A DNA stretch of 64,000 nt from Candidatus Woesearchaeota archaeon. Its GTDB lineage: Archaea > Nanobdellota > Nanobdellia > Woesearchaeales > DSVV01. Shown in pieces: positions 52,761 to 62,641 of this stretch (position 1 is the first letter of the stretch; the number at the start of each line of letters is the position of its first letter). A model generated the notes under the pieces. That model saw nothing but the letters and a program-made list of their open reading frames with translations. It was not told where the DNA came from and did not search any database. The stretch is taken from NCBI GenBank assembly GCA_018657385.1, contig JABHXF010000029.1, positions 4,214-68,213 of the forward strand. The letters are read 5' to 3'. A program made the translations under genes and the position numbers.

Positions 52761-52850
52761 GGTTTGGAATGTTTATTGTTTGGAAGGTTAGGAAGGTATT
52801 ATTTACCTTCTAAACTCTCCTTACCTTCCATACCCTCCAAACCTTCCTAA
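52761..52850. repeat. About 90-nt imperfect GGAAGG/CCTTCC-rich palindrome between nrdJ and the adenosyltransferase gene
   Basis: GAAGGT (52793-98) pairs with ACCTTC (52805-10) at the centre. The flanks (GGTTTGGAA..TTTGGAAGGTTAGGAAGG and CCTTACCTTCC..CCTCCAAACCTTCCTAAC) can pair in several registers. Confidence 0.45.
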
Positions 52851-52863
52851 CTAATATAATAAA

Positions 52864-53508
52864 ATGGTTCCACAAAGATTAGGATTAGTACATGTCTATA
52901 CAGGCCAAGGTAAAGGAAAGACTACAGCAGCTATGGGGCTAGCATTAAGAGCAATTGGCCAAGGATTTAAGGCCTATACTATTCAATTTTTAAAAGGTGG
53001 TGCATATACAGGAGAACTTATTTCTATGAAAAACTTTTTACCTAATGAAAAATGTGGAATGATACAATATGGTAAGAAATGTGTTAAGGAATTAAAGCAG
53101 TATAAATTAACTGGATTTGAAAAAGGCAAAGATAAGGACAAATGTAAATATTTTGATTATATCAGAGAAGATATTGATTGTGGTAATTGTAGACATTGTT
53201 TTTTAGATGATCAAGAACAAAGAACATTTTCAAGAGATGCATTTAAACATGCATTAGATATTTTATCAAAAGAAGAACATGATTTGGTAATTTTAGATGA
53301 AATTAATAATGCAGTACATCAAAATTATATTTCAATAAATGAAATGGTTGGATTAATACAAAAAAAAGCACCACACATTGAATTAGTCTTAACAGGTAGG
53401 CATGCACCAAAGGAAATCATTGAGATGGCAGATTTAGTTACTGAAATGAATAAAATTAAACATTATTTTGATGATGGGGTTAAGGCAAGAAGAGGTATTG
53501 AATATTAA
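52864..53508 (+). CDS. cobO: Cob(I)yrinic acid a,c-diamide / cob(I)alamin adenosyltransferase (CobA/CobO/BtuR type) with a Cys-rich insert
   Basis: GLVHVYTGQGKGKTTAAMGLALRAIGQG...IQFLKG, LVILDE and the C-terminal ARRGIEY. The insert contains C...C...C...CGNCRHC. Confidence 0.85.
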   Translation: MVPQRLGLVHVYTGQGKGKTTAAMGLALRAIGQGFKAYTIQFLKGGAYTGELISMKNFLPNEKCGMIQYGKKCVKELKQYKLTGFEKGKDKDKCKYFDYIREDIDCGNCRHCFLDDQEQRTFSRDAFKHALDILSKEEHDLVILDEINNAVHQNYISINEMVGLIQKKAPHIELVLTGRHAPKEIIEMADLVTEMNKIKHYFDDGVKARRGIEY

Positions 53509-53621
53509 GTTTTTGATGTTTTTTTAAACTTTTCTTATGCTTTTTTGCGATTTTTACTACTATCTATCCCTATTTAGCCCATAATCTTTATATAGGTTAA
53601 AGTATCCCTTACTTACATTCA

Positions 53622-55694
53622 ATGGTAATTAAAAAAATAAGAAAACGAGATGGAAGATTTGTTGAGTTTGATAAAGATAAAATAGCGAAAGCAATATACA
53701 GAGCAGCTTATGCAGTTGGTGGAAAAGATAAAGATAGAGCAGATTATTTAGCTACATTAGCTTTCGAAAAAGTGAATAAATCTTTTAAAACAAGATATCC
53801 TACTGTAGAAGAAGTTCAAGATACTATAGAAAGAATTTTAATTGAAAATCATCATATTAAAACTGCAAAAGCATATATTCTTTATAGAGAAAAGCAGGCA
53901 AGAATTAGAGATTTAAAAAAATCAATTATTGGAACAATTGTTAGCAAAGATTTTAGTTTTAATGCTTTAAAAATAATGAGAGATAAATATCTGTTAAATG
54001 ATGAAAATGGAATTTTAATTGAAACTCCTGAAGGTATGTTTAGAAGGGTGGCAAAGACAGTTGCAAAAGCAGATGAAATTTTTCAAGATTTTGATGCAAA
54101 AGAAACTGAAGAACATTTTTATGAAGCAATGAAAAGCTTATCATTTATTCCAAATTCTCCAACATTAATGAATTCTGGAACAAAACCTCAACAATTAAGT
54201 GCTTGTTTTGTATTACCAATTGAAGATTCTGTTGAAGGAATTTACACTTCATTAAGAAATGCAGCAATTATTTATCAAAGTGGTGGTGGTACAGGATTTA
54301 ATTTTTCAAAACTAAGGCCTAAAGGTGACTCACTTAAATTTTCTAAAGGTGGTAGTTCAGGACCTGTACCTTTTATGAAACTATTTGATAAATCAACTGA
54401 AATTATGAAAAAAGGTGGGAAAAAAAGAGGAGCTAATATGGGTATTTTAAGTGTGGATCATCCTGATATTTTTGAATTTATAACTTCTAAAGAAAATCAG
54501 AAATCACTAAATAATTTTAATATTTCTGTTGGTATGACTACTAAATTTATGGAAGCTGTAAAAAGAAATAATATGTATGAATTAATTAATCCAAAAAATG
54601 CTGAAGTTGTAAGAAAAATTCCAGCAAGAGAAGTATTTGATTTATTATCAACAATGGCTTGGAAAAATGGTGAACCCGGAGTTGTGTTTATTGATAGAAT
54701 AAATAAATATAATTCTACACCAGAAATAGGGGAAATTGAAAGTACAAGTCCTTGTGGAGAAGTATTATTATTACCTTATGAATCATGTAATTTAGGAAGC
54801 ATTAATCTTTATAATGTTGTGGATGGAAATTCTATTGATTTTGATAAACTTAAAAAATTAATTTACTTGGCAGTCCATTTTTTGGATAATGTTATTGAAG
54901 TAAACCAATATCCTTTAAAAGAAATTGAAGAAATTACAAAAGCAAATAGAAAAATAGGATTAGGGGTAATGGGTTTTTCTGATATGTTGTATGCCCTAGG
55001 TATTAAATATGATAGTGAAGAAGGTTTAAAAACAGCTGAAAAAATTATGAAATTTATTTCAGAAGAAGCAAGAAATGCATCAATTGAATTAGCAAATAAA
55101 AGAGGAGTATTCCCCAATTGGAAAAAAAGTATTTATGCTAAGGGTGATGTTAAATTAAGAAATGCTTCATTATTATCAATTGCTCCAACAGGTTCTATTA
55201 GCTTAATTGCAGATTGTAGTAGTAGTATTGAACCAAACTTTGCATTATCATATATTAGAAAAGTTATGGGGACTGAAGAATTTTTATATGTCAATAAACA
55301 TTTTGCAACTATTGCGAGAGAAAAGGATTTTTATTCTGATGAATTAATGAAGAAAATTGCAAGCCTTGGTTCAGTTCAAAGCTTAAAAGAAATTCCTAGA
55401 GATGTTAGGGATATATTTGTTACTAGTCATGATATCTCTGCTGAATATCATGTTAAAATGCAGGCAACATTTCAAAAATATGTTGATAATGCTGTTTCTA
55501 AAAGTGTTAATCTAAAAAATACAGCAAGTAAAGAAGATGTTGGGAATATTTTTATGACTGCATATGATTTAGGTTGTAAGGGAATAACAATCTATAGGGA
55601 TGGTAGTAGATCTGGACAGATATTAAATATTGATTTAACTCCTTCTACACCAAGAAGAGTAGTTAAGAAAATGAGAGTTGTTAAAGATTCTTAA
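53622..55694 (+). CDS. nrdJ: Class II ribonucleotide reductase paralogue (ATP-cone, no C-terminal cysteine tail)
   Basis: Collinear with the first copy: [47 protein letters not shown]. It ends ...[15 protein letters not shown] without Cys pairs. Confidence 0.9.
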   Translation: MVIKKIRKRDGRFVEFDKDKIAKAIYRAAYAVGGKDKDRADYLATLAFEKVNKSFKTRYPTVEEVQDTIERILIENHHIKTAKAYILYREKQARIRDLKKSIIGTIVSKDFSFNALKIMRDKYLLNDENGILIETPEGMFRRVAKTVAKADEIFQDFDAKETEEHFYEAMKSLSFIPNSPTLMNSGTKPQQLSACFVLPIEDSVEGIYTSLRNAAIIYQSGGGTGFNFSKLRPKGDSLKFSKGGSSGPVPFMKLFDKSTEIMKKGGKKRGANMGILSVDHPDIFEFITSKENQKSLNNFNISVGMTTKFMEAVKRNNMYELINPKNAEVVRKIPAREVFDLLSTMAWKNGEPGVVFIDRINKYNSTPEIGEIESTSPCGEVLLLPYESCNLGSINLYNVVDGNSIDFDKLKKLIYLAVHFLDNVIEVNQYPLKEIEEITKANRKIGLGVMGFSDMLYALGIKYDSEEGLKTAEKIMKFISEEARNASIELANKRGVFPNWKKSIYAKGDVKLRNASLLSIAPTGSISLIADCSSSIEPNFALSYIRKVMGTEEFLYVNKHFATIAREKDFYSDELMKKIASLGSVQSLKEIPRDVRDIFVTSHDISAEYHVKMQATFQKYVDNAVSKSVNLKNTASKEDVGNIFMTAYDLGCKGITIYRDGSRSGQILNIDLTPSTPRRVVKKMRVVKDS

Positions 55695-55726
55695 TCTAAT
55701 TAAAATTTATTAATTTCTTAACTTAA

Positions 55727-57274
55727 TTATTTGTTTTTTTCTATAAACATTTTAACTAATTCTTTTCTTAATAATTTTCCTGAAGGTCCTTTTGGTATGT
55801 CATCTACAAAAAATATTTTTTTTGGACACTTGAATTTTGCTAAATGTTCTTTACAATGATTAATTATGTTTTCTTCAGTTATTCCTTCTGATTTTTTATC
55901 ATGTTTTAGAACAATGTAGCTTACAACCTCTTCTCCATAAATTTCATCAGGAACACCAATTGTTGCAGAATCATGAACTTCTGGGAGCCTATATATCACT
56001 GCATCAACTTCACTTGGGGATATATTTTCCCCTCCTCTAATAATTATTTCTTTTTTTCTATCTACTAAATAATAAAAATCATCTTTATCTTTATAAGCTA
56101 AATCACCTGTGTAAAACCATCTGTCTTTGAATGCTTCTTTATTTACATCAGGTCTTTTATGATACCCATCCATCATGTTATCTCCTTTAACAATAATCTC
56201 ACCAACTTCTCCTAATGGAACCTCTTTACCATTTTCATCAACTATTTTTGCTTCATTAACTCCTAATGGTTTACCAATACTGCCTAATTTTCTTTTATCT
56301 GGATGTGGTGGATTACAATGTGTTATATGGCTTGTTTCAGTTAAACCATATACTTCATAAAAGTATACACCAAATGTTTTTTCAAATTTCTTTGCTAATT
56401 CTAATGCTAATGGAGCAGATCCACACCCAACTATTCTAAAATGGCTTATGTCATATTTACTTATGTCTTCAGGTGGATTTAGTAGAATAGAAAGCATTGT
56501 AGGAACAACTTCAACAAATGTAACTTTGTATTTTTCAATCCACTGCCAAAATTTGCTTTTTGAAAATTTTTCTGTTAATACTGTTGAACCACCAACATAA
56601 AATGATGTTAATGATATCATAAATAAGCCAGTTACATGTATCAAAGGCATTACACAAAGAGAAATATCTTTTTCTGTAAATTCACATGCACTAATATAAT
56701 GTGGGTGCATAACACTAATATTAAATTGACTTAATAAACATCCTTTTGGTTTTCCTGTTGTACCAGATGTATAAATCATTACCCATTTGTCTTTCATATT
56801 AACATTTTCAATATCTTCAAATTCAATTGATTGTTTTTTCATATCTTCATCAAAATTGATTGAATTTTCTACTTTTTCACCAACTACAATCATTGTTTCT
56901 AATTTTGGTCCTTTTACTTTTCCCATGTTGTCATGGAAATCAGAGTGATAAACAAAAACTTTTGTATCTGCATTGTCTAATTGAAATTCAACTTCTTCTT
57001 TTGTTAATGAACAACTCATTGGATTAACTATTGCTCCTAATTTACCAGTTGCAAATAGTAGAAATAGGGTGTGTGGAACATTTGGAAGGTAAGTAGAAAT
57101 TGTATCTCCTCTTTTTACACCAATACTTCTTAGAAGATTAGCAGTTTGATTGACTTTTTCTAGGAATTTTTTATAACTAAATTTTTCTCCTGTTTTATCA
57201 CAAATTAAATATGTTTTATCTCCATATTTTTCAGCTTGTTGATCAAAGAATTCTCCTACATTTTTCTCTTTCAT
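55727..57274 (-). CDS. AMP-forming acyl-CoA synthetase / adenylate-forming ligase
   Basis: YTSGTTGKPKG (AMP-binding motif), YGLTET, GDLAY and PKGPSGKLLR. Confidence 0.85.
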   Translation of the reverse strand: MKEKNVGEFFDQQAEKYGDKTYLICDKTGEKFSYKKFLEKVNQTANLLRSIGVKRGDTISTYLPNVPHTLFLLFATGKLGAIVNPMSCSLTKEEVEFQLDNADTKVFVYHSDFHDNMGKVKGPKLETMIVVGEKVENSINFDEDMKKQSIEFEDIENVNMKDKWVMIYTSGTTGKPKGCLLSQFNISVMHPHYISACEFTEKDISLCVMPLIHVTGLFMISLTSFYVGGSTVLTEKFSKSKFWQWIEKYKVTFVEVVPTMLSILLNPPEDISKYDISHFRIVGCGSAPLALELAKKFEKTFGVYFYEVYGLTETSHITHCNPPHPDKRKLGSIGKPLGVNEAKIVDENGKEVPLGEVGEIIVKGDNMMDGYHKRPDVNKEAFKDRWFYTGDLAYKDKDDFYYLVDRKKEIIIRGGENISPSEVDAVIYRLPEVHDSATIGVPDEIYGEEVVSYIVLKHDKKSEGITEENIINHCKEHLAKFKCPKKIFFVDDIPKGPSGKLLRKELVKMFIEKNK

Positions 57275-57334
57275 ATTAATGTCCCCCTGTTTTATGATCT
57301 ATTTATCATCTCTATAATTCTGTTTTTCTTTTTA

Positions 57335-57883
57335 CTATAATTTTTTAATAAACTTTGCAGGAACTCCTCCCCAAAACTCATTATCAGGGATATCTTTGTT
57401 AACAAAAGAAAATCCACCAATAATAGAATTCTCACCAATAGTTGTCCCAGCTCTTATTATTGTTCTAGCTCCAATCAATGCTTTTTTCTTAATTTTAATT
57501 CTTCCAATAATTGATTGGTTTACTGTAAATTCATGTGCCCCAATATAAGCACCACTACCTATTAATACGCCATCTTCTAGTGTTATTAAATCAGGAAATA
57601 AATGATCAATAGAAACATCATTTGGAATACAAACATCTTTACCAATATTTGCACCAATTAGTTTAAATAAACTATTCTTAAACCATCCAGGAGGGACATG
57701 ATGGCTAATTTCTACAATCAAAGCTGAGAAATATATTCTTGGCCATGCTCTTGTCTTATACCAATCACAGCCAGCATTTAATCTTTTACCATGATAGGGT
57801 ATTTTAACGACTTTTTTAGATTTATCTTTAAGAAGTTCTTTAATTTGTGCTTTTGCTTGTTTATAATATTCTTTATGATTCAT
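57335..57883 (-). CDS. Left-handed beta-helix (hexapeptide-repeat) acyl/acetyltransferase
   Basis: Hexapeptide repeats in the C-terminal half: IGSGAYIGAHEF...IGARTIIRAGTTIGENSIIGGFSFV. Confidence 0.8.
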   Translation of the reverse strand: MNHKEYYKQAKAQIKELLKDKSKKVVKIPYHGKRLNAGCDWYKTRAWPRIYFSALIVEISHHVPPGWFKNSLFKLIGANIGKDVCIPNDVSIDHLFPDLITLEDGVLIGSGAYIGAHEFTVNQSIIGRIKIKKKALIGARTIIRAGTTIGENSIIGGFSFVNKDIPDNEFWGGVPAKFIKKL

Positions 57884-57900
57884 TTTATGATTTGTTTTAG

Positions 57901-59448
57901 TTAATCTAATAACTTTGCAAGTTTTCTTCTTTGTACCTTTCCAGAACCTGTAACTGGTATATTTTTTATAAATTTTACTGTTTTAGGGCATTTGTATTCA
58001 GCAAGATGCTTTTTACAATGTTCTATAATCTCTTTTTCAATTGTTTTTATCTCTTCTTGAGTTTTTTCTTGGTTTTCTTTAAGAATAACAAAAGCTGCAA
58101 TCTCTTCTCCATAAATCTTGTCTGGAATACCTGCTACAGCAGCATCTGCTATTGCAGGATGCTTATATAATACATTATCAATTTCTTTTGGTGAAATATT
58201 TTCTCCACCTCTAATTATGAGCTCTTTTTCTCTACCAACAATGTATAAATATCCCTCTTTGTCCATATATCCTAAATCACCTGTATATAACCATGATTTT
58301 TTGATGGTTTGTTCTGTTAATTCTGGCATTTTGTAATATCCTTTCATTATATGTGGACCTTTGGTTATTATTTTACCAACTTTTTCTGACTCTAATGGTT
58401 TATCGTCGTCATCTACAATTCTTACTTTTGATATGTCAATTTCTACTCCAACAGAACCTATTTTTCTTTTTTTAATATCAAGAGGGGTCATTGTTGTCCA
58501 TACAGTATCTTCACTTAATCCATATGCTTCAAAGAGTGGTATATTGAATTCTTCTTCAAATTTTTTTAATACTTCTATTGGTAATGGTGCTGCTGAAGAA
58601 ATAATATATTTTAATGATTCCAAATTATATTTTTTAATGTCTTCTGGTGGATTTAATAATATTGATGTCATGGTTGGAACAAGTAATGTCCAATTAATTT
58701 TATATTTTTCAATTCTTTTCCAAAATTTTGTTTTGCTAAACTTTTCATGCACTACAACAGTTGCACCTATACATGTTGTTGTAAAAAGTGTTGGAATTAT
58801 TCCTCCACTGAAAAATAATGGTAATGAATCAAGTATTATCATCTCTTCTTTTAATTTTAAAAATCTAGCAACACTCATTGAACAGCTAAGCAGGTTTTTC
58901 TGAGTTAAAATAATTCCCTTTGGCTTAGCTGTTGTTCCAGAACTATAAATCAGTAATGCTTCATTTTCAATTGTAATCTCTTCAGTAGGATTAAATGATG
59001 TTTGTTGTGTTTTTAATTCTTGTTTGAATTTTTTTATATCAATAAATTTTGTGGAATTAGTTCCTTTTATTCCTAATTCTTTTTGTTGATTTACAAAAAC
59101 TATTTTTGATTCAGCATCATTTATTAAATATTTTAATTCTTCAGTTGATAATTTAGGATTTAATGGATTGAAAACTGCACCAATCTTAAATGATGCAAAC
59201 ATTAAATAAATAAGTTCAAGTGAATTTTCTAAAATTGTTGAGACTTTGTCATGTTTTTTAATTCCTAAACTTAATAACAAATTTGCTGTTTTATTTGTTA
59301 TTTCTTCAAATTCTAAATAAGAAATGATGTGATCTTTAGAATCATTATCACCAAAAATCAAGAAGTTTTTGTTTTTAAGTCTATTGGCATTATCTTTAAT
59401 TAAGTGATTTATGTTATTCCATCTAATTTCTTGGATGTTTTGCTCCAT
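57901..59448 (-). CDS. AMP-forming acyl-CoA synthetase paralogue
   Basis: YSSGTTAKPKG, YGLSED, GDLGY and VTGSGKVQRR. Shares SILLNPPEDI with the other copy. Confidence 0.85.
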   Translation of the reverse strand: MEQNIQEIRWNNINHLIKDNANRLKNKNFLIFGDNDSKDHIISYLEFEEITNKTANLLLSLGIKKHDKVSTILENSLELIYLMFASFKIGAVFNPLNPKLSTEELKYLINDAESKIVFVNQQKELGIKGTNSTKFIDIKKFKQELKTQQTSFNPTEEITIENEALLIYSSGTTAKPKGIILTQKNLLSCSMSVARFLKLKEEMIILDSLPLFFSGGIIPTLFTTTCIGATVVVHEKFSKTKFWKRIEKYKINWTLLVPTMTSILLNPPEDIKKYNLESLKYIISSAAPLPIEVLKKFEEEFNIPLFEAYGLSEDTVWTTMTPLDIKKRKIGSVGVEIDISKVRIVDDDDKPLESEKVGKIITKGPHIMKGYYKMPELTEQTIKKSWLYTGDLGYMDKEGYLYIVGREKELIIRGGENISPKEIDNVLYKHPAIADAAVAGIPDKIYGEEIAAFVILKENQEKTQEEIKTIEKEIIEHCKKHLAEYKCPKTVKFIKNIPVTGSGKVQRRKLAKLLD

Positions 59449-59609
59449 TATTCTAAGGATATTAATTAATTATATAAACTTTGTTAAGGATATTACTAAA
59501 TATTAATCCATTACATATAATATAAATATTTTACATATAGATATATAAGAAAATATATAAACCAGATATTACCATATATTAGAATTATATATAAACTAAG
59601 CTATCATAA

Positions 59610-60068
59610 ATGGGTAAAATGGATTTGAATGCAGATATGAATCAGTTAAAAAATAAGGCTTCAAGTAGTTTTGGGGGTCTTTTTACTCAGAAAAAGGCAC
59701 CAGATCAACAAGAATCATTTGATCTTGGTAATGTTATGAGGGATGTTACTAGGAGATTAAGAGTTCTGGAAGAAAGAATGGCTAGTGATAGAAAAAACAT
59801 TCAAATAAATCAACAAAATAGATTATCACAAAATCAGAAAGTTACTATCAACATAAAAGATCTTTATGGTGAAATTAGTGAATTAAAAAAAGAAATTTCT
59901 GTAATTAAGGATCAATTAACCTTAGTGATTGGTGAACTCAAAGAAACTACTAAGAAAGAAGATGTAAAAACTCTTGAAAAATATATTGAATTATGGGAAC
60001 CATTAAATTTTGTCACAAAAAGAGAAGTTGAAATGTTGATTAGAAGGATTTTAAATGAACAGAAATAA
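59610..60068 (+). CDS. Hypothetical coiled-coil protein
   Basis: 152 aa with heptad-rich regions (LRVLEERMASD, ISELKKEISVIKDQL). First gene of a six-gene plus-strand run. Confidence 0.5.
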   Translation: MGKMDLNADMNQLKNKASSSFGGLFTQKKAPDQQESFDLGNVMRDVTRRLRVLEERMASDRKNIQINQQNRLSQNQKVTINIKDLYGEISELKKEISVIKDQLTLVIGELKETTKKEDVKTLEKYIELWEPLNFVTKREVEMLIRRILNEQK

Positions 60069-60114
60069 TCTATTTACAATGAATTAAATTTAAAATGGGA
60101 AAGAGGAGAATAAT

Positions 60115-60861
60115 ATGGGGTTAATGGATATTTTTAAGAAACCTGAAGTTGTTGAACAACAAGAACATGTTCAAATGTCAGGTCCCCCTACAGATAAAGT
60201 TATGATGATGAAAAGACAAGGTCTTAGTAATAATCAAATTATTCAAACTTTACAAAACGATGGTCATGATTCAACTGCAATATTTGATTCATTGAACCAA
60301 GCAGATTTAAAAGGAGGTGTTGAAATGTCATCACAAAATACTGCTCAACCACAAGAAGCACCAGCTGATGCTGGACCACAACAACCTGCTCAAGCAGGAC
60401 CAATGCCACCACCGCAATCTGGGCCAGGTGGACCGCCAGGAGGACCAATGCCACCACCACAATCTAGTCCAGGGATGGGACAACCTATGGGGCAACCAAT
60501 GGGTATGGGGCCAGAACCAGTATCTAGTGGCCCAGGACTGGAAAGAATTGAAGAATTAGCTGAAGCAATTATTGATGAAAAGTGGAATGAAATTGTTAAA
60601 AGCATTAATAAAATTGCAGACTGGAAAGAACGAACTGAGACAAAAATTACAAAGATGGAACAAGAAATGGTTGATCTTAAGAAAAACTTTGATCAACTTC
60701 ATAAGGGTATTCTAGGTAAAATTGGAGATTATGATAAGAACTTAGTTAATATCAGTTCAGAAATAAAAGCAATGGATAAAGTTTTTCAGAAAGTATTGCC
60801 AGTTATGACTGAAAATGTAAATGAATTAAGCAGAATAACACAAGACATGAAAAAGAAATAA
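60115..60861 (+). CDS. Hypothetical protein with a P/Q/G-rich low-complexity linker and a C-terminal coiled coil
   Basis: The N-terminus reads MGLMDIFKK. The linker reads PQEAPADAGPQQPAQAGPMPPPQSGPGGPPGGPMPPPQSSPGMGQPMGQPMGMGPEP. The C-terminal coiled coil resembles that of the preceding protein. Confidence 0.6.
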   Translation: MGLMDIFKKPEVVEQQEHVQMSGPPTDKVMMMKRQGLSNNQIIQTLQNDGHDSTAIFDSLNQADLKGGVEMSSQNTAQPQEAPADAGPQQPAQAGPMPPPQSGPGGPPGGPMPPPQSSPGMGQPMGQPMGMGPEPVSSGPGLERIEELAEAIIDEKWNEIVKSINKIADWKERTETKITKMEQEMVDLKKNFDQLHKGILGKIGDYDKNLVNISSEIKAMDKVFQKVLPVMTENVNELSRITQDMKKK

Positions 60862-60862
60862 A

Positions 60863-61615
60863 ATGGTTGAATTATTTTTATTAGCTATCTTAGTTATTGC
60901 TGTACTTTTAATTTTATTAGTTCTTTTTTATTTTATCTGGTTTTTGAGAAAACCAAAATTAAATCTTACAGGTAATGATAGTAATAATAATGGTAATAAT
61001 TTTGTTTTAAGTCCAGCAGATGGAAAAATAATTGAAATCATTAAATATGATAAACAAACTGAGAAAGTTAACAAAGGGAGGTTTGGAAAAATTATTGCTG
61101 TTACTAAAGATGTTTCTGATTCTGGTTATATTGTTTGTATTGCAATGAATATATTTAATGTACATTATCAAATTTCTCCAATTAATGGTGTTATTAAAAA
61201 TATTAATTATGTTAAAGGGAAATTTAGAAATATTTTTGTTGATCTAGTAGGATTAAGATTTATAAACAATGAAAGAAATGAGATTCTTATTGAAAGTACT
61301 GGGGGAAAAAGAAATAAAAAACAAAAAAAATTTAATGTTAAGGTTGTTCAGATTGCAGGCTTAGTTGCAAGAAGAATACATTGTTTTGTTAAACCTGAAC
61401 AAACTCTTAAGCTAGCACAGGTATTAGGTGTTATTAAATTAGGTAGCATGGTTTTGTTGATCTTCCCAAATGATTTTAATCTCGCTGTTAAAGAAGGGGT
61501 TAAAGTTAAATTAGGAGATACAATTGCAGTTGTTGATAAAACAAAAATTAATAAAGTTAATAATATTAAAAAGATTAATAAAAATAGAAAAACTATGAAA
61601 GGTAAGAAAAAATGA
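60863..61615 (+). CDS. psd: Phosphatidylserine (archaetidylserine) decarboxylase proenzyme
   Basis: N-terminal TM helix, followed by the PSD-type beta-barrel region ending in IKLGSMVLLIFP (G-S-[TM] self-cleavage site). Confidence 0.75.
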   Translation: MVELFLLAILVIAVLLILLVLFYFIWFLRKPKLNLTGNDSNNNGNNFVLSPADGKIIEIIKYDKQTEKVNKGRFGKIIAVTKDVSDSGYIVCIAMNIFNVHYQISPINGVIKNINYVKGKFRNIFVDLVGLRFINNERNEILIESTGGKRNKKQKKFNVKVVQIAGLVARRIHCFVKPEQTLKLAQVLGVIKLGSMVLLIFPNDFNLAVKEGVKVKLGDTIAVVDKTKINKVNNIKKINKNRKTMKGKKK

Positions 61616-62118
61616 TTAGTAAATATATGAAACTAGCAGATTTATTTACTTTATTAAACCTCTGTTCAGGTGTATTAGCAATAATTTTTGCTGTCCAAGG
61701 TAAATTTTATATTGCTTCTGTATTAATTATAGCTGCTGCATTATTTGACTTATTGGATGGGAAAGTTGCAAGATTATCAAAGAAAGATAATGATTTTGGA
61801 AAACAGCTTGATAGTTTAACAGATGCAATTAGTTTTGGTGTGGCTCCTGCGTTATTAGGTTATTTTTTAGGATTAAATGAATGGTACTTTGTCATTGTAT
61901 TATTAATCTATGTTTCTTGTGGTGTATTAAGATTAGCAAGATTTAATATTACAACTATTAAAGGTTTTGAAGGTGTTCCAATAACTGCTGCAGGAATTAT
62001 TATTGCTGTATTGGTTTTTTTAGCTGGATTTTACCCTATAATTATTAGTTATTTATGGATTGCATATCTATTATTAGGTATATTGATGATATCATCTATA
62101 CCAATTAAAAAAATTTGA
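61612..62118 (+). CDS. pssA: CDP-alcohol phosphatidyltransferase (archaetidylserine synthase-like)
   Basis: DLLDGKVARLSKKDNDFGKQLDSLTDAISF matches D-G-x2-A-R-x8-G-x3-D-x3-D. ATGA overlap with psd. Confidence 0.85.
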   Translation: MISKYMKLADLFTLLNLCSGVLAIIFAVQGKFYIASVLIIAAALFDLLDGKVARLSKKDNDFGKQLDSLTDAISFGVAPALLGYFLGLNEWYFVIVLLIYVSCGVLRLARFNITTIKGFEGVPITAAGIIIAVLVFLAGFYPIIISYLWIAYLLLGILMISSIPIKKI

Positions 62119-62127
62119 GGTTGTAAA

Positions 62128-62613
62128 ATGAATGAAACATTATACTCAATATTAATGAATAAGGTTGTCTTAAGTTTAATTATCACTTTTATTTTAACTG
62201 AGATAACTAAATTATCAATTGATTTATGGAAAACTAAAAAATTAATATTTGCAAATTTATTTCATGGTGGTGGCATGCCCAGTAGCCATAGTTCATTAGT
62301 TAGTGCTTTGACCTTTTCTATTTTATTTAATCAGGGCTTTTCTATTTTATGGCTAGCTGTGTTTATATTTTCATTAGTAGTTGTAAGAGATTCATTTGGT
62401 GTAAGAAAACATGCAGGTGAACAAGCTAAGGTATTAAATATATTACTTAAAGATCAGAAAATACTTAAAAATATGGATGCTAAACTAAGAAATAAACTTA
62501 GTAAAACTAAATTACAAGAACATATTGGTCATAAACCAATTGAAACAGTTATAGGAGTAATATTTGGTTTAATTATTTCATTGATTATTGTTAAATCAAG
62601 CCTAATACCTTAA
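62128..62613 (+). CDS. DUF212 / divergent PAP2-family membrane phosphatase
   Basis: GGMPSSHSSLVSAL and RDSFGVRKHAGEQA are characteristic of the acid-phosphatase/vanadium-haloperoxidase-related DUF212 family. Confidence 0.75.
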   Translation: MNETLYSILMNKVVLSLIITFILTEITKLSIDLWKTKKLIFANLFHGGGMPSSHSSLVSALTFSILFNQGFSILWLAVFIFSLVVVRDSFGVRKHAGEQAKVLNILLKDQKILKNMDAKLRNKLSKTKLQEHIGHKPIETVIGVIFGLIISLIIVKSSLIP

Positions 62614-62641
62614 GTTTTCAATTTTGAAATACAGGCTATGG

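Noticed and set aside
58361-58903. 180-aa plus-strand ORF, and smaller ones at 57931, 58118 and 56175, opposite the acyl-CoA ligase genes.
   Set aside because: They are antisense to genes carrying unmistakable AMP-binding motifs, and they have no start context or motif of their own.
60239-60605. Three overlapping ORFs (two minus-strand, one alternative plus frame) in the P/Q/G-rich region.
   Set aside because: They are artefacts of the GC-rich low-complexity repeat, which stays open in several frames. The 60115-60861 frame has proper flanking domains.
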